Assembly (NCBI GenBank): GCA_965248535.1
Contig: CBDFJR010000002.1
Coordinates: 1,216,001 to 1,280,000, forward strand
Length of the DNA: 64,000 nucleotides
Direction of reading: 5' to 3'
From: Phormidesmis sp.
GTDB lineage: Bacteria; Cyanobacteriota; Cyanobacteriia; Leptolyngbyales; Leptolyngbyaceae
A program made the translations under genes and the position numbers. The notes below the pieces were generated by a model, which was not told the DNA's origin, ran no database searches, and was given only the letters and a program-made list of their open reading frames with translations. The first letter of the stretch is position 1; each line of letters opens with the position of its first letter. This document shows positions 1 through 9,367 of this stretch, piece after piece.

Positions 1-1513
1 CACCAATGGTGAATCAGCCGAGTTGTTTGACGAATGGGACTATCGATCGGTCTTTGTCGTGGGCGATGCCGATCAGTCAATCTACTCATTTCGGATGGCG
101 GATTTCAAGATTCTCATGGGCTTTCAGCAAGACTTTGGCGACAGTCTGCCCGACGATGACACCCGCACCATGGTGAAGCTCGAAGAGAACTATCGATCGA
201 CCGAAAACATTTTGCAACTCGCCAATCATCTGATCGAAAACAACACCGAGCGGATTGATAAAATTCTCAAACCCACCCGTGGCGAAGGAGCACCCGTCTT
301 CTGCCATCGCGCCGATGATGAGATTGCCGAAGCTGAGTTTGTGGTGCAGCAGATTCGCACCTTGCAGCACCTGAATGCTGAACTGCACTGGGGCAAGTTC
401 GCTATTCTCTATCGAACTAATGCCCAATCTCGTGCCTTTGAAGAATCCCTCGTGCGCTGGGGGGTGCCCTATAAAGTGGTGGGCGGTTTGCGGTTCTACG
501 ATCGTAAAGAAATCAAAGATGTCTTGGGCTATCTGAGAGCGATCGCCAACCCATCCGACACCCTGAGTTTGCTGCGGGTGATTAATGCTCCCCGTCGCGG
601 AGTCGGCAAGACCACGATCGATTCCTTGCAAAAAGCCTCGGTTGAGTTGGGCATTCCGCTCTGGGAGATTTTGAGTGATGAAACCTCGGTTAAAAGTTTA
701 GCGGGTCGCAGTTCAAAAGGGGTGATTAGCTTTGCCCAGATGATTAAAAAGTGGCGATCGCAGATGGATGCGGTGTCTGCCTCTGAGCTAGTGCAAGGCA
801 TTTTAGAAGAGTCGGGCTACTTAACCGACCTCAAATCGCAGGGCACCGATGAGGCCGAAGAACGCTTTCAAAACGTGCAGGAACTCTACAACGCCGTTCT
901 GCAATTTGAGGAAGAAAACGAAGACACGAGCCTGATTGCCTTTCTCGCCGGGGCATCTCTCGCTTCTGATTTAGACGACAAAGACGAAGAAGCTACCAAA
1001 GTTTCTCTGATGACGCTCCACGCCTCTAAAGGGCTAGAATTTCCAGTCGTGTTTTTGGTGGGGTTAGAGCAAGGGCTGTTTCCGAGCTTCCGATCGCTAG
1101 ATGATCCCGCTGCGATCGAAGAAGAACGTCGGCTCTGCTATGTGGGCATCACCCGCGCTCAAGAGCGATTGTTTATCTCCTATGCGCGAGAGCGGCGCTT
1201 ATATGGAAATCGGGAAATGGCCCAACCGTCGGCATTCTTGAAAGAGATGCCCAACGATCTGATGGAGTCAAACATCACCACTACGGTTAGAGCGACTAAA
1301 TCACCTGTGGCTAAACCAGAGCGATCGCAGCCTCAAAGCAGCGTCGAAACCGATTGGAGTGTTGGTGAACTGGTGGTAGATAAACGATTTGGGGTCGGTG
1401 AAGTGACTCACGTTTTCGATTCGGGCAACAAAATCTGTTTAGCCGTTAAATTTCCTGACATCGGACGACGAATTATCGATCCGAGATTAACGCCTTTGCA
1501 GCGAGTGGAGTGA
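1..1513 (+). CDS. pcrA: DNA helicase PcrA/UvrD, 3' part (5' end upstream of window)
   Basis: SF1 motifs VGDADQSIYSFR, LEENYRS, TLHASKGLEF, EEERRLCYVGITRA and a C-terminal Tudor-like domain. The frame is open from position 2. Confidence 0.95.
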   Translation, partial: TNGESAELFDEWDYRSVFVVGDADQSIYSFRMADFKILMGFQQDFGDSLPDDDTRTMVKLEENYRSTENILQLANHLIENNTERIDKILKPTRGEGAPVFCHRADDEIAEAEFVVQQIRTLQHLNAELHWGKFAILYRTNAQSRAFEESLVRWGVPYKVVGGLRFYDRKEIKDVLGYLRAIANPSDTLSLLRVINAPRRGVGKTTIDSLQKASVELGIPLWEILSDETSVKSLAGRSSKGVISFAQMIKKWRSQMDAVSASELVQGILEESGYLTDLKSQGTDEAEERFQNVQELYNAVLQFEEENEDTSLIAFLAGASLASDLDDKDEEATKVSLMTLHASKGLEFPVVFLVGLEQGLFPSFRSLDDPAAIEEERRLCYVGITRAQERLFISYARERRLYGNREMAQPSAFLKEMPNDLMESNITTTVRATKSPVAKPERSQPQSSVETDWSVGELVVDKRFGVGEVTHVFDSGNKICLAVKFPDIGRRIIDPRLTPLQRVE

Positions 1514-1574
1514 GGAATTTATTTGTCCGGGGTAGGGACAGCATACTGGGACTAACGGGATCTAATTCGCGGCT

Positions 1575-2399
1575 CTATTCGTGTTCTACGACAAACACAT
1601 TGGCGTAGAGATTTGCCACAATTTGCTGCCCTTGCTGGGTCAGATTCAAATAGCGCAACGCATCTTGAATATAAGGGTGAACCCCATGCCAGAAAAACTT
1701 GGGATAGTTTTTTCGCAACTCGCCCGGATGGTCATAGCCCAGCGCCTTATTAACGCCCGTCTCTTCAAACTCATAGAACAGCGCATTAATTTTCTTTAAG
1801 TAGCGCGGGTCACTCAGTTGACCAATCAGATCAGCCGCCCGCACCAATCCTGGATAGTGAATGGTGTCTCGGTGGTCTTCAGCCGTGGGCACCGGAAAGC
1901 GCGTCAATTCAATATTGCGCTTGATGATCTCAGCATCGATCAGCTTATGCCCCCCAAATCGCTCTTCGACAAACAGCTTGCCCCGATCGACGTGATAGGG
2001 CGTGAGACTAGCATCGCTCGCGCTAGAGGGCAGTTCAACCATGGTGTCACCCACGCCCGTGGCATAGAAGCCGTGACGATCGTCGCGACACACCCCTTTG
2101 ACATAGCCAATGTCATGACAGTTTAGCGAGATGATGCAGTGCAGCCAGTCTTCGCACGAAACCCCACCATCTCGAATGTGTCTGCCGCGCAGGATTTCTT
2201 GCCCGACTAACGTGACTAGAATGGTGTGCTCTACATCATGATAAAGGGCATCGCTGTTGGCAATATTTTCTAATGCCATGCTGCCAGCCCAGCCCAAAAT
2301 ATCAGCATAGCTAGCTTTTAGGCTGCCATAGGTGCGGTGATAGCCTTCTTGGATCTGGGCAACAAAAGCATTGATAAAAAGTTCGGTAGCGTTGAACAT
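1575..2399 (-). CDS. HD-domain metal-dependent phosphohydrolase (cyanobacterial Npun_R2479-like family)
   Basis: Motifs YHDVEHT, CHDIGY, ADLIGQLSDP. Confidence 0.8.
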   Translation of the reverse strand: MFNATELFINAFVAQIQEGYHRTYGSLKASYADILGWAGSMALENIANSDALYHDVEHTILVTLVGQEILRGRHIRDGGVSCEDWLHCIISLNCHDIGYVKGVCRDDRHGFYATGVGDTMVELPSSASDASLTPYHVDRGKLFVEERFGGHKLIDAEIIKRNIELTRFPVPTAEDHRDTIHYPGLVRAADLIGQLSDPRYLKKINALFYEFEETGVNKALGYDHPGELRKNYPKFFWHGVHPYIQDALRYLNLTQQGQQIVANLYANVFVVEHE

Positions 2400-2543
2400 T
2401 GTGGTAGTGAGCGGTGCTTCTCAGCAGGTTAAGAATCGGAGAGAGGGCAACACATTGACGGTCACCAATCACGTTGAGGGGTCTCAGAACCATTAACGGA
2501 TCTGCCAACATCCATGCTAACCCGGCCTAGACGATGATGGTCT

Positions 2544-2577
2544 TGAGGCAGGTGGGCGATCGTCCTCACCTGCCTCA
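2544..2577. terminator. 11-bp perfect inverted repeat, probable terminator or 3' stabilising hairpin of the 2595-3074 gene
   Basis: TGAGGCAGGTG ... CACCTGCCTCA, with a CGATCG-containing loop. Confidence 0.5.
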
Positions 2578-2594
2578 CAGCTTGAGTCAGCAGG

Positions 2595-3074
2595 TTAGGT
2601 CTCGTGACTGAGACCATTTTTCGATTTTGGTTTGTTGAGTTCTTTACACTTGGCTTCGGCGGCTTGGTGCGCTTTTACATAGTCGTCTCCGCCCAGCATC
2701 ACGTCGCCATAATATCCATAAGGAGCTTTGCCGTAGATGGGCAACGGGTCATCTTCGGGATAGTCTTCTTGAGCGTCTTCGATCGCTTTTTTAAGCTGCT
2801 TGGGGGTGAGCCGATGAGCCGGAAAGTAAAAAAGCTGGTCAGCGCTGCGATTGAGATGAGGAAAATTTGGGTCGATCAAGCGATCGCTCCCTTCTAGCCA
2901 ACTATGCTCGATCGGCGCAAACGGCGCACCCTCGTAGACCAAAAACCCTTGAACATAGGTCACATCATCGGTGACGAGAGCCGCTCTGTGGGCATTTTCA
3001 AACCTGGCTTTTCCTTTGCTTTTGATCTGTTTGGCAACCGTTTGAGATTGTTCAACATCCAATGGCTTATCCAT
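2595..3074 (-). CDS. Conserved hypothetical protein
   Basis: 159-aa ORF with Y-V-Q-G / H-S-W / I-D-P pattern (transglutaminase-like fold is possible but unverified). Confidence 0.7.
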   Translation of the reverse strand: MDKPLDVEQSQTVAKQIKSKGKARFENAHRAALVTDDVTYVQGFLVYEGAPFAPIEHSWLEGSDRLIDPNFPHLNRSADQLFYFPAHRLTPKQLKKAIEDAQEDYPEDDPLPIYGKAPYGYYGDVMLGGDDYVKAHQAAEAKCKELNKPKSKNGLSHET

Positions 3075-3099
3075 TTGCCACCACCACTAACCACTCTTT

Positions 3100-3525
3100 T
3101 TAAGGGTAGTTTACCAGGAGCGATTGTTGATTGAGAAACACGACAAATTCTTGAATCGTCGTCAGGTTTCCTAGACTCAGGCTGTCACCGATATCAACCC
3201 CAAAGCGATCGTAGAAATCATCACAGAGGGTTGATTCCCAGTCAAACCAGCACACGAGCGACAAGCTGAGATCTTCAGTCAAGCGATCGCTGGGCACCAC
3301 CTGGGCAAACGTCAAACCAGAGTAGGATTCCATCTGCTGATAGACAAATTCTGCCACCTCGCTAGACACATTTAGGGGTCGCCAAAAGGTCTGATGCCAT
3401 CGCTCTGGTGAGTGGTGAGGACGATCGCGCAAAGCCTGATTGATACGGCACCTAAGTCGTAGATCAGGACTCAGATCTCCGTAAGTCTTCAAACTTTGAA
3501 TAAGATTAGTTAGCTTTCGCCACAT
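3100..3525 (-). CDS. Hypothetical cyanobacterial protein with ACP-like C-terminus
   Basis: 141-aa ORF; DRLTEDL...FGVDI...TIQEFV pattern. Confidence 0.65.
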   Translation of the reverse strand: MWRKLTNLIQSLKTYGDLSPDLRLRCRINQALRDRPHHSPERWHQTFWRPLNVSSEVAEFVYQQMESYSGLTFAQVVPSDRLTEDLSLSLVCWFDWESTLCDDFYDRFGVDIGDSLSLGNLTTIQEFVVFLNQQSLLVNYP

Positions 3526-3656
3526 GCTAAAAACGCGATTAAACAGAAAGGCTCCTCGCCTGATTTCAGTATTCCCACTGTGAAAATGAACTCTCTATTG
3601 GCAAACAAACTCCACCGCAGCCGATCGCGGGCACCCGTTGGGCATCAAAAATCAGG

Positions 3657-4901
3657 TCACGACATCGCCAACTGAGCGGCTCCATAAGCTGCCTCGGTCT
3701 GCCGCGATCGCTGCACCTGAACCTTAAGGTGACGTTCTCGGATCGTGCACCAGGGTTGATTGACGGCCCCTCCCCCGGCAGTATAGACGCGCTCTAATTT
3801 ATTCGCGCCAGAGGATTGTAGCAGGCGATAGCCTTCCGCTTCAAGCCGAGCGATGCTTTCTAACAACCCATGTAAGAACTCTCGGCGATCGTCAGGGCGG
3901 GGGTCTAACCGGGGCAGCAAATGGGGATCGTTAATGGGAAAGCGATCGCCCGGTTTGAGCAGCGGATAATAGTCTAATAAGCTCTCTTGATGGACGGGAA
4001 TTTGTTGACTGAGATCTGCCAATTCTGCATCACTAAAAAAATGCCGCAGCACGGCTCCACCTGTGTTAGATGCGCCGCCGACTAGCCATAAATCTCCCAA
4101 TCGGTGACTATAAATTCCATAGCGGCTGTCTTCGACGCGAGTTTGGCTAACCAACTTCAGCACCAGCGTAGATCCTAGAGAGGTGACGGCTTCACCGGGG
4201 ATTTTAGCGCCACTGGCTAGAAATGCGGCAATGCTGTCTGTGGTGCCCGCGCAAACGATGCAGTGGTGGGACAGTTTCAGACGATCGGCGATCGTGGCAT
4301 CAACTTCAGCGATCGCCGTCCCCGGTGCCAGAACGCGGGGCAATAATTCTCGAAACGGCAGTGTCTCGATCCAGTCAGGATAGCAAAGTTGCTCAACGTC
4401 ATAGCCCAGCTTCAAACTGTTGTGATAATCGCTGATGCCCAACTGCCCATGCAGCAAAAACGCCAGCCAGTCAGCTTGATGCAAAAAATAGCGTCCTGAC
4501 AAAAAATTAGGCTGTTGACTCGACCAAATCAGTTTGGCAAAGCTAGAAGTTGCGCTTAACACGGTGTGGTTGGGGGGCGCGATCGCTCTAACGTGATCCA
4601 ACACGTCAATGGCACGAGCGTCGTTATAGAGAATCGGTTCGGCAATGGGGTGTCCATCTGCATTGCAAAGCAGCACGGTGGAGGAGGTGCCATCAATAGC
4701 GATCGCGCCGATCAGCGATCGTAGCGGCTGAGGAATCTGTTCGATCAGACTCACTAAAGCGGTTTGCCACTCTCTAAACGCCGCTCCAGATGAGGGATTT
4801 ACAAAGGGATAGCTGGCTTGAAAGTGGATGGTTCCGTCACGATCGAGGATGAGCGATCGTGCTCCCGATGTCCCAAAATCTAACCCTAAATAAAGATTCA
4901 T
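3657..4901 (-). CDS. FGGY-family carbohydrate kinase
   Basis: LGLDFGTSGAR phosphate-1 motif, IDGTSST, GTTDSIAA, TAGGGA. Start reassigned to MNLYLG. Confidence 0.9.
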   Translation of the reverse strand: MNLYLGLDFGTSGARSLILDRDGTIHFQASYPFVNPSSGAAFREWQTALVSLIEQIPQPLRSLIGAIAIDGTSSTVLLCNADGHPIAEPILYNDARAIDVLDHVRAIAPPNHTVLSATSSFAKLIWSSQQPNFLSGRYFLHQADWLAFLLHGQLGISDYHNSLKLGYDVEQLCYPDWIETLPFRELLPRVLAPGTAIAEVDATIADRLKLSHHCIVCAGTTDSIAAFLASGAKIPGEAVTSLGSTLVLKLVSQTRVEDSRYGIYSHRLGDLWLVGGASNTGGAVLRHFFSDAELADLSQQIPVHQESLLDYYPLLKPGDRFPINDPHLLPRLDPRPDDRREFLHGLLESIARLEAEGYRLLQSSGANKLERVYTAGGGAVNQPWCTIRERHLKVQVQRSRQTEAAYGAAQLAMS

Positions 4902-4956
4902 TCTGACTTTTTCAGAGAGTACGAAGGTTATGATTTTACAGCGATCGTTCTTACTC

Positions 4957-5090
4957 AAAACTCGGAGGTTTTCACTAAGAATTCATCGTTTGAAGTATGG
5001 AGTGGCTCAAACCTCTCCGAGTTTTTGGAAATTCGGAATTCATCGTTTGAGGTATGGAGTGGCTCAAACCTCCGAGTTTTTGGAAATTCG
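4957..5090. repeat. Imperfect tandem duplication (4979-5035 / 5036-5090) of a REP-like unit, plus an inverted half-copy at 4957-4971
   Basis: GAATTCATCGTTTGA(A/G)GTATGGAGTGGCTCAAACCT(CT)CCGAGTTTTTGGAAATTCG occurs twice. AAAACTCGGAGGTTT is the reverse complement of AAACCTCCGAGTTTT. Confidence 0.85.
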
Positions 5091-5114
5091 TTCTTTCGAT
5101 AGTTCAAAATTTAA

Positions 5115-5972
5115 ATGATCAACACTAAATTATCTCAGAAGCGATGGCGATCGTTCCTCAAAAGATTTGCGATCGGCTATAGTTTGGTTTGCGTTGCGCT
5201 CTACTTTCAACAACAGCGCGTCATGTTCTTTCCGACCCACAAACTTGAGCATACGCCCTCTTTATATCAACTCAACTATCAAGACGTTTTGATTCCCATT
5301 TCAACACCAAACGGGCAAAGCGAACGATTACAAGGCTGGTGGATTCCGGCTGAAAAGCCCGATGCACCCGTGATGATTTATTTTCATCATAATGCGATCA
5401 ACATTGGGGCAAATGTTAGTCAAGCTCTTCAGTTTCACAAGCTAGGCTACTCAATTTTCTTGTTCGACTATCGGGGGTTTGGTCAAAGTGAAGGAGCCTT
5501 TCCAACTGAATCTCAACTCTATGAAGATGCTCAAGCAGCCTGGAATTATTTAACTCAAACGCGCAAGATTTTGCCCAATCGAATTGTTATCTACGGGCAT
5601 TCAGTAGGGGGCGCGATCGCGATTGATCTCGCTGCCAAACATCCCGAAGCAGCCGCGTTAATTGTGCAGAGTTCGTTTACTAGTATGCGCGACATGACCA
5701 AGCGATTTGGGGTGTATTGGTTGCTGCCGATCGAGCTATTGCTGCGCCAGCACTTTGACTCACTAGAAAAGATGAAATCGATTAAAATGCCAGTTCTGAT
5801 CATCACGGGCACTGAAGATATTCAAATTCCCGTTGAGATGGGAGAACGTTTATATGCGGCGACTTCTGAACCTAAGCAGCTAATGATTATTCCAGGAGGA
5901 GGACACGACAATCATCTATCAGAGCCATATAAGCAGCGCATTAAACAGTTTATTAACCAAGTTATTAAGTAA
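5115..5972 (+). CDS. Alpha/beta hydrolase with N-terminal membrane anchor (ABHD/BEM46-like)
   Basis: DYRGFGQSEG, GHSVGG nucleophile elbow, GTED, GGGHDN. Confidence 0.9.
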   Translation: MINTKLSQKRWRSFLKRFAIGYSLVCVALYFQQQRVMFFPTHKLEHTPSLYQLNYQDVLIPISTPNGQSERLQGWWIPAEKPDAPVMIYFHHNAINIGANVSQALQFHKLGYSIFLFDYRGFGQSEGAFPTESQLYEDAQAAWNYLTQTRKILPNRIVIYGHSVGGAIAIDLAAKHPEAAALIVQSSFTSMRDMTKRFGVYWLLPIELLLRQHFDSLEKMKSIKMPVLIITGTEDIQIPVEMGERLYAATSEPKQLMIIPGGGHDNHLSEPYKQRIKQFINQVIK

Positions 5973-6048
5973 GCAGCGATCGCCCACCCAAAGAACACTC
6001 TGTAGAGTACGACTGGATGGAGTGAGATCACCCAATCTCACTCCGAAT

Positions 6049-6582
6049 TTAGCTTTGACTCTCTTTAGCGGTCGATCGGGGCAACCTCGCAAAATTATCG
6101 CGATAGATTTGGATGGTCTCGTCAGCATCTTCACGAACCGCTAGCGATCGCTGAATTTCACCCAGATAGAGCGGCTCAGAAACGCCGGGTGCTGGATGCA
6201 CATTAGTCCGCAGGCGAATCGTCAGGCGAGGCTCACCCTGAGTCATGCGACCCGGAGAATAAAGATCCACGGCGGCTTGACGCAGCGTTGCTTCTACCTG
6301 TGGCTCAGTCACCGTCGGCGGCACCACAATCACAACCTGCGAAGAAGCCGTATCAAAAATTCTGGAATAGTGGAGCGCACCGGGGATATTAGGGCGCGTG
6401 TAGATAGCCAAACTCAGCGCAAAAATGCCCGCCGTCAAAACCCCCATAAACCCTGTGATGCCCACCAGTCGGAAGCGGAATCCCCACTTGAAGACAAACC
6501 CCAGCACTGCCAGAATAGCCACCACGATCGTCAGAATTCCTGACCATTGAGCATCGGTTAAAAGTTGTGCAGGTTCAAACAT
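6049..6582 (-). CDS. ycf51: Ycf51 family protein (DUF2518)
   Basis: WGFRFRLVGITGF and LRQAAxDLYSPGR signatures. Start reassigned to MFEPAQ. Confidence 0.85.
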   Translation of the reverse strand: MFEPAQLLTDAQWSGILTIVVAILAVLGFVFKWGFRFRLVGITGFMGVLTAGIFALSLAIYTRPNIPGALHYSRIFDTASSQVVIVVPPTVTEPQVEATLRQAAVDLYSPGRMTQGEPRLTIRLRTNVHPAPGVSEPLYLGEIQRSLAVREDADETIQIYRDNFARLPRSTAKESQS

Positions 6583-6616
6583 GGAGGCAAAAAAATAGGG
6601 GATAACGACACGGCGG

Positions 6617-7087
6617 CTATTCGTTGCTGACCACCCCAACGGGCTGCGGCTCAGTTGACGATTCGAGAGCGGCTTTTAGCGTGTGCCACGTTAGCGTCGC
6701 ACATTTAATGCGAACTGGGAACTGAGACACGCCCTGCATCACATTTAGCTTACGCTGCTCTGTCGGAAACTCGGCATTGCCCTGCATCATGCTCTGAAAG
6801 CGCTGCACCATGTCTAGGGCTTCGTTGGTGCTTTTGCCGCGCAGAGCTTCTGCCATCAGATCAGCCGATGCCATGGCGATCGCGCACCCTTCCCCCTCAA
6901 ATTTGACATCTTCAATGCGGTCGCCCGCATCATTGAGTTGAACGGTAAGCTCGATCGTGTCTCCGCAAGAAGGATTATGGCCTCGTTGCAACCGATGCAC
7001 AGGGTTGGTCACGCCTCGGTGTTTTGGCTTTTTATAGCGTTCTAGAATGACCTGTTGATAAAGGTCACGCAGATTGGCCAGCGTCAT
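6617..7087 (-). CDS. sufU: SUF system NifU/SufU Fe-S assembly protein
   Basis: LYQQVILE, NPSCGD, GEGCAI, PVRIKCATL. Confidence 0.92.
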   Translation of the reverse strand: MTLANLRDLYQQVILERYKKPKHRGVTNPVHRLQRGHNPSCGDTIELTVQLNDAGDRIEDVKFEGEGCAIAMASADLMAEALRGKSTNEALDMVQRFQSMMQGNAEFPTEQRKLNVMQGVSQFPVRIKCATLTWHTLKAALESSTEPQPVGVVSNE

Positions 7088-7251
7088 AATTTCGATTGGT
7101 TACAGCTATCTTCATCCTATCAGGGTCACTGGCGATCGGGCAGACCAAATCACCCTCTACAATCCCCTTTCTGTCGTCGGTCACAGAACTTTTCAACCCA
7201 TTGCCGATGCAAATTTGATACCCTATTTCAAAGAGTCTTGGGAGATGAAGC

Positions 7252-8415
7252 GTGGATATTCAAATTGGTAGAGGCAAAACTGCCCGTCGAGCCTACGGGA
7301 TTGATGAGATTGCACTCGCTCCCGGACAGCGAACCCTCGATCCAAAATTGGCCGATACGCGCTGGACGATCGGCGGCATTGAGCGCGAAATTCCCATTCT
7401 GGCCAGTGCGATGGATGGGGTGGTCGATGTCAAAATGGCCGTCTTGCTGTCAGAGCTAGGCGCGATCGGCGTTCTTAACCTCGAAGGCGTGCAAACCCGC
7501 TATGAGAACCCTGATCCGATTCTGGATGAAATCGCCGCCGTCGGGAAAGACGACTTTGTGACACTGATGCAGCGACTCTATTTAGAGCCAATCAAGCCAG
7601 AGTTGATTGAGAAACGAGTCAAAGAAATTAAGCAACAGGGTGGCATTGCAGCGGTTAGCGCGACTCCTGCGGGAGCCATTCAGTTTGGTCAAGTGGTCGC
7701 CAAAGCCGGAGCCGATCTGTTTTTTGTCCAAGCCACGGTCGTCTCGACGGCTCACCTCGCCCCCGACTCAATCACGCCTCTTGATCTGGCGCAATTCTGT
7801 CAAGAGATGCCGATCCCAGTGATTTTAGGCAACTGCGTCACCTATGAAGTCACGTTAAATTTAATGAAAGCAGGGGCAGCCGGGGTGCTAGTGGGCATTG
7901 GCCCCGGTGCAGCCTGCACGTCTCGCGGGGTGTTGGGGGTAGGAGTGCCCCAGGCAACGGCGATCGCTGACTGTGCCGCCGCTCGCGATGACTATCACCG
8001 CGAAACCGGAAACTACGTCCCGATCATTGCCGATGGCGGGTTGATCACAGGCGGAGACATCTGCAAGTGCATTGCCTGCGGAGCCGATGGCGTGATGATT
8101 GGCTCTCCCTTTGCTAGAGCCAAAGAAGCACCCGGACGCGGCTTTCACTGGGGCATGGCAACGCCTAGCCCCGTGTTGCCCAGAGGCACCCGGATTCGAG
8201 TCGGCACCACGGGCACCCTGCAACAGATTTTGCGCGGCCCGGCGCAGCTCGATGACGGCACCCACAACTTTTTGGGGTCACTGCAAACCAGCATGGGCAC
8301 CCTAGGCGCAAAAAACATCAAAGAAATGCAGCAGGTCGAAGTGGTGATTGCCCCATCGCTGCTGACCGAAGGCAAGGTTTATCAAAAAGCTCAACAGTTG
8401 GGCATGGGCAAATAG
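7252..8415 (+). CDS. guaB: GuaB3-type IMP dehydrogenase family protein
   Basis: RRAYGIDEIAL, GIGPGAACTSR, IIADGG; no CBS domain. Confidence 0.93.
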   Translation: MDIQIGRGKTARRAYGIDEIALAPGQRTLDPKLADTRWTIGGIEREIPILASAMDGVVDVKMAVLLSELGAIGVLNLEGVQTRYENPDPILDEIAAVGKDDFVTLMQRLYLEPIKPELIEKRVKEIKQQGGIAAVSATPAGAIQFGQVVAKAGADLFFVQATVVSTAHLAPDSITPLDLAQFCQEMPIPVILGNCVTYEVTLNLMKAGAAGVLVGIGPGAACTSRGVLGVGVPQATAIADCAAARDDYHRETGNYVPIIADGGLITGGDICKCIACGADGVMIGSPFARAKEAPGRGFHWGMATPSPVLPRGTRIRVGTTGTLQQILRGPAQLDDGTHNFLGSLQTSMGTLGAKNIKEMQQVEVVIAPSLLTEGKVYQKAQQLGMGK

Positions 8416-8510
8416 AGCCTAGAGGGGCGATCGTCCGAACAAATTCTTAAGAGTTTCTTAGGCTCTTTGACACCTCTGGTAATTCCAAATCCGTCGTCTA
8501 CAATAGAAAA

Positions 8511-8583
8511 AGCGGAGACGTAAGTTTCCGTTCACTCCTCACACCACACTCCGCCTGAACTTCGGTTTAGGCGGTTCCTTTTT
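8511..8583 (+). ncRNA. yfr1: Yfr1 small RNA
   Basis: Ultraconserved ACTCCTCACAC lies between a 5' hairpin (GCGGAGAC-GTAA-GTTTCCGT) and a terminator hairpin (CCGCCTGAAC-TTCG-GTTTAGGCGG plus T-run). The guaB-trxA position is canonical, and there is a TACAAT -10 at 8499-8504. Confidence 0.93.
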
Positions 8584-8786
8584 GGGAGGCGGTTTCAGAC
8601 TTCCGGATCTGACGGTAGCTGATCCCGATCGCCCCTCAAACGCGATCGCAAATTCCCAGTGCCCAAAATGCTCACACCCTAATAGAGCCATAGATTGTAT
8701 CTAATTATGTCTGCCCTGCGATGAGAGTCTACCGTTTTTGCTATGGTAGAATTTCGTCGAACGAGTATAGGCAAGGATTTTCAGGC

Positions 8787-9110
8787 ATGTCAGCAGCCGC
8801 ACAAGTTACAGATTCTACATTTGATCAGGAAGTACTTGAGAGCGAAGTCCCGGTTTTAGTCGATTTTTGGGCCCCTTGGTGCGGCCCCTGTCGCATGGTG
8901 GCACCCGTCGTCGATGAAATCGCGATTCAGTTTGAGGGCAAGGTCAAGGTCGTTAAGGTCAACACCGATGACAATCCCAGTGTCGCCAGCAAGTATGGAA
9001 TTCGCAGCATTCCAACATTGATGATTTTTAAGGGAGGGCAGCGCGTCGATATGGTGGTCGGTGCTGTGCCTAAAACCACTCTCTCCAACACGCTCGAAAA
9101 GCATCTCTAG
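8787..9110 (+). CDS. trxA: Thioredoxin (m-type)
   Basis: WAPWCGPC. Start reassigned to MSAAAQV. Confidence 0.97.
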   Translation: MSAAAQVTDSTFDQEVLESEVPVLVDFWAPWCGPCRMVAPVVDEIAIQFEGKVKVVKVNTDDNPSVASKYGIRSIPTLMIFKGGQRVDMVVGAVPKTTLSNTLEKHL

Positions 9111-9261
9111 GTTTCATTCAACTCCGTTACGTCCCTCGGAGCTTTGCAAAGCGAATCGCCACACCAACCGTTTATGGGTTCCTGGTCGCTCACTTTTGAG
9201 GGTGGGCACACTTGACAAGAGGGGACGGATGGCTTGAGTGACGCGTTAGCAGTATGCTAAT

Positions 9262-9295
9262 AACGCCTCCGCTCTGATGCAGGGAGGCGTTTTTT
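9262..9295 (+). terminator. Rho-independent terminator between trxA and the LOG gene
   Basis: AACGCCTCC ... GGAGGCGTT followed by a T-run. Confidence 0.75.
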
Positions 9296-9367
9296 ATTGT
9301 CTATACATCTTCTCTTTGCCTAAAATCTCGCTAAGATAGATAGCCCAGCCCAGTTTGGAGGAGTGTT

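Noticed and set aside
4979..5090. Possible mini-CRISPR
   Set aside because: Two adjacent copies with no unique spacer and no cas genes.
8467..8504. TTGACA plus TACAAT as a sigma70 promoter for Yfr1
   Set aside because: Spacing is 26 nt; only the -10 element is credible.
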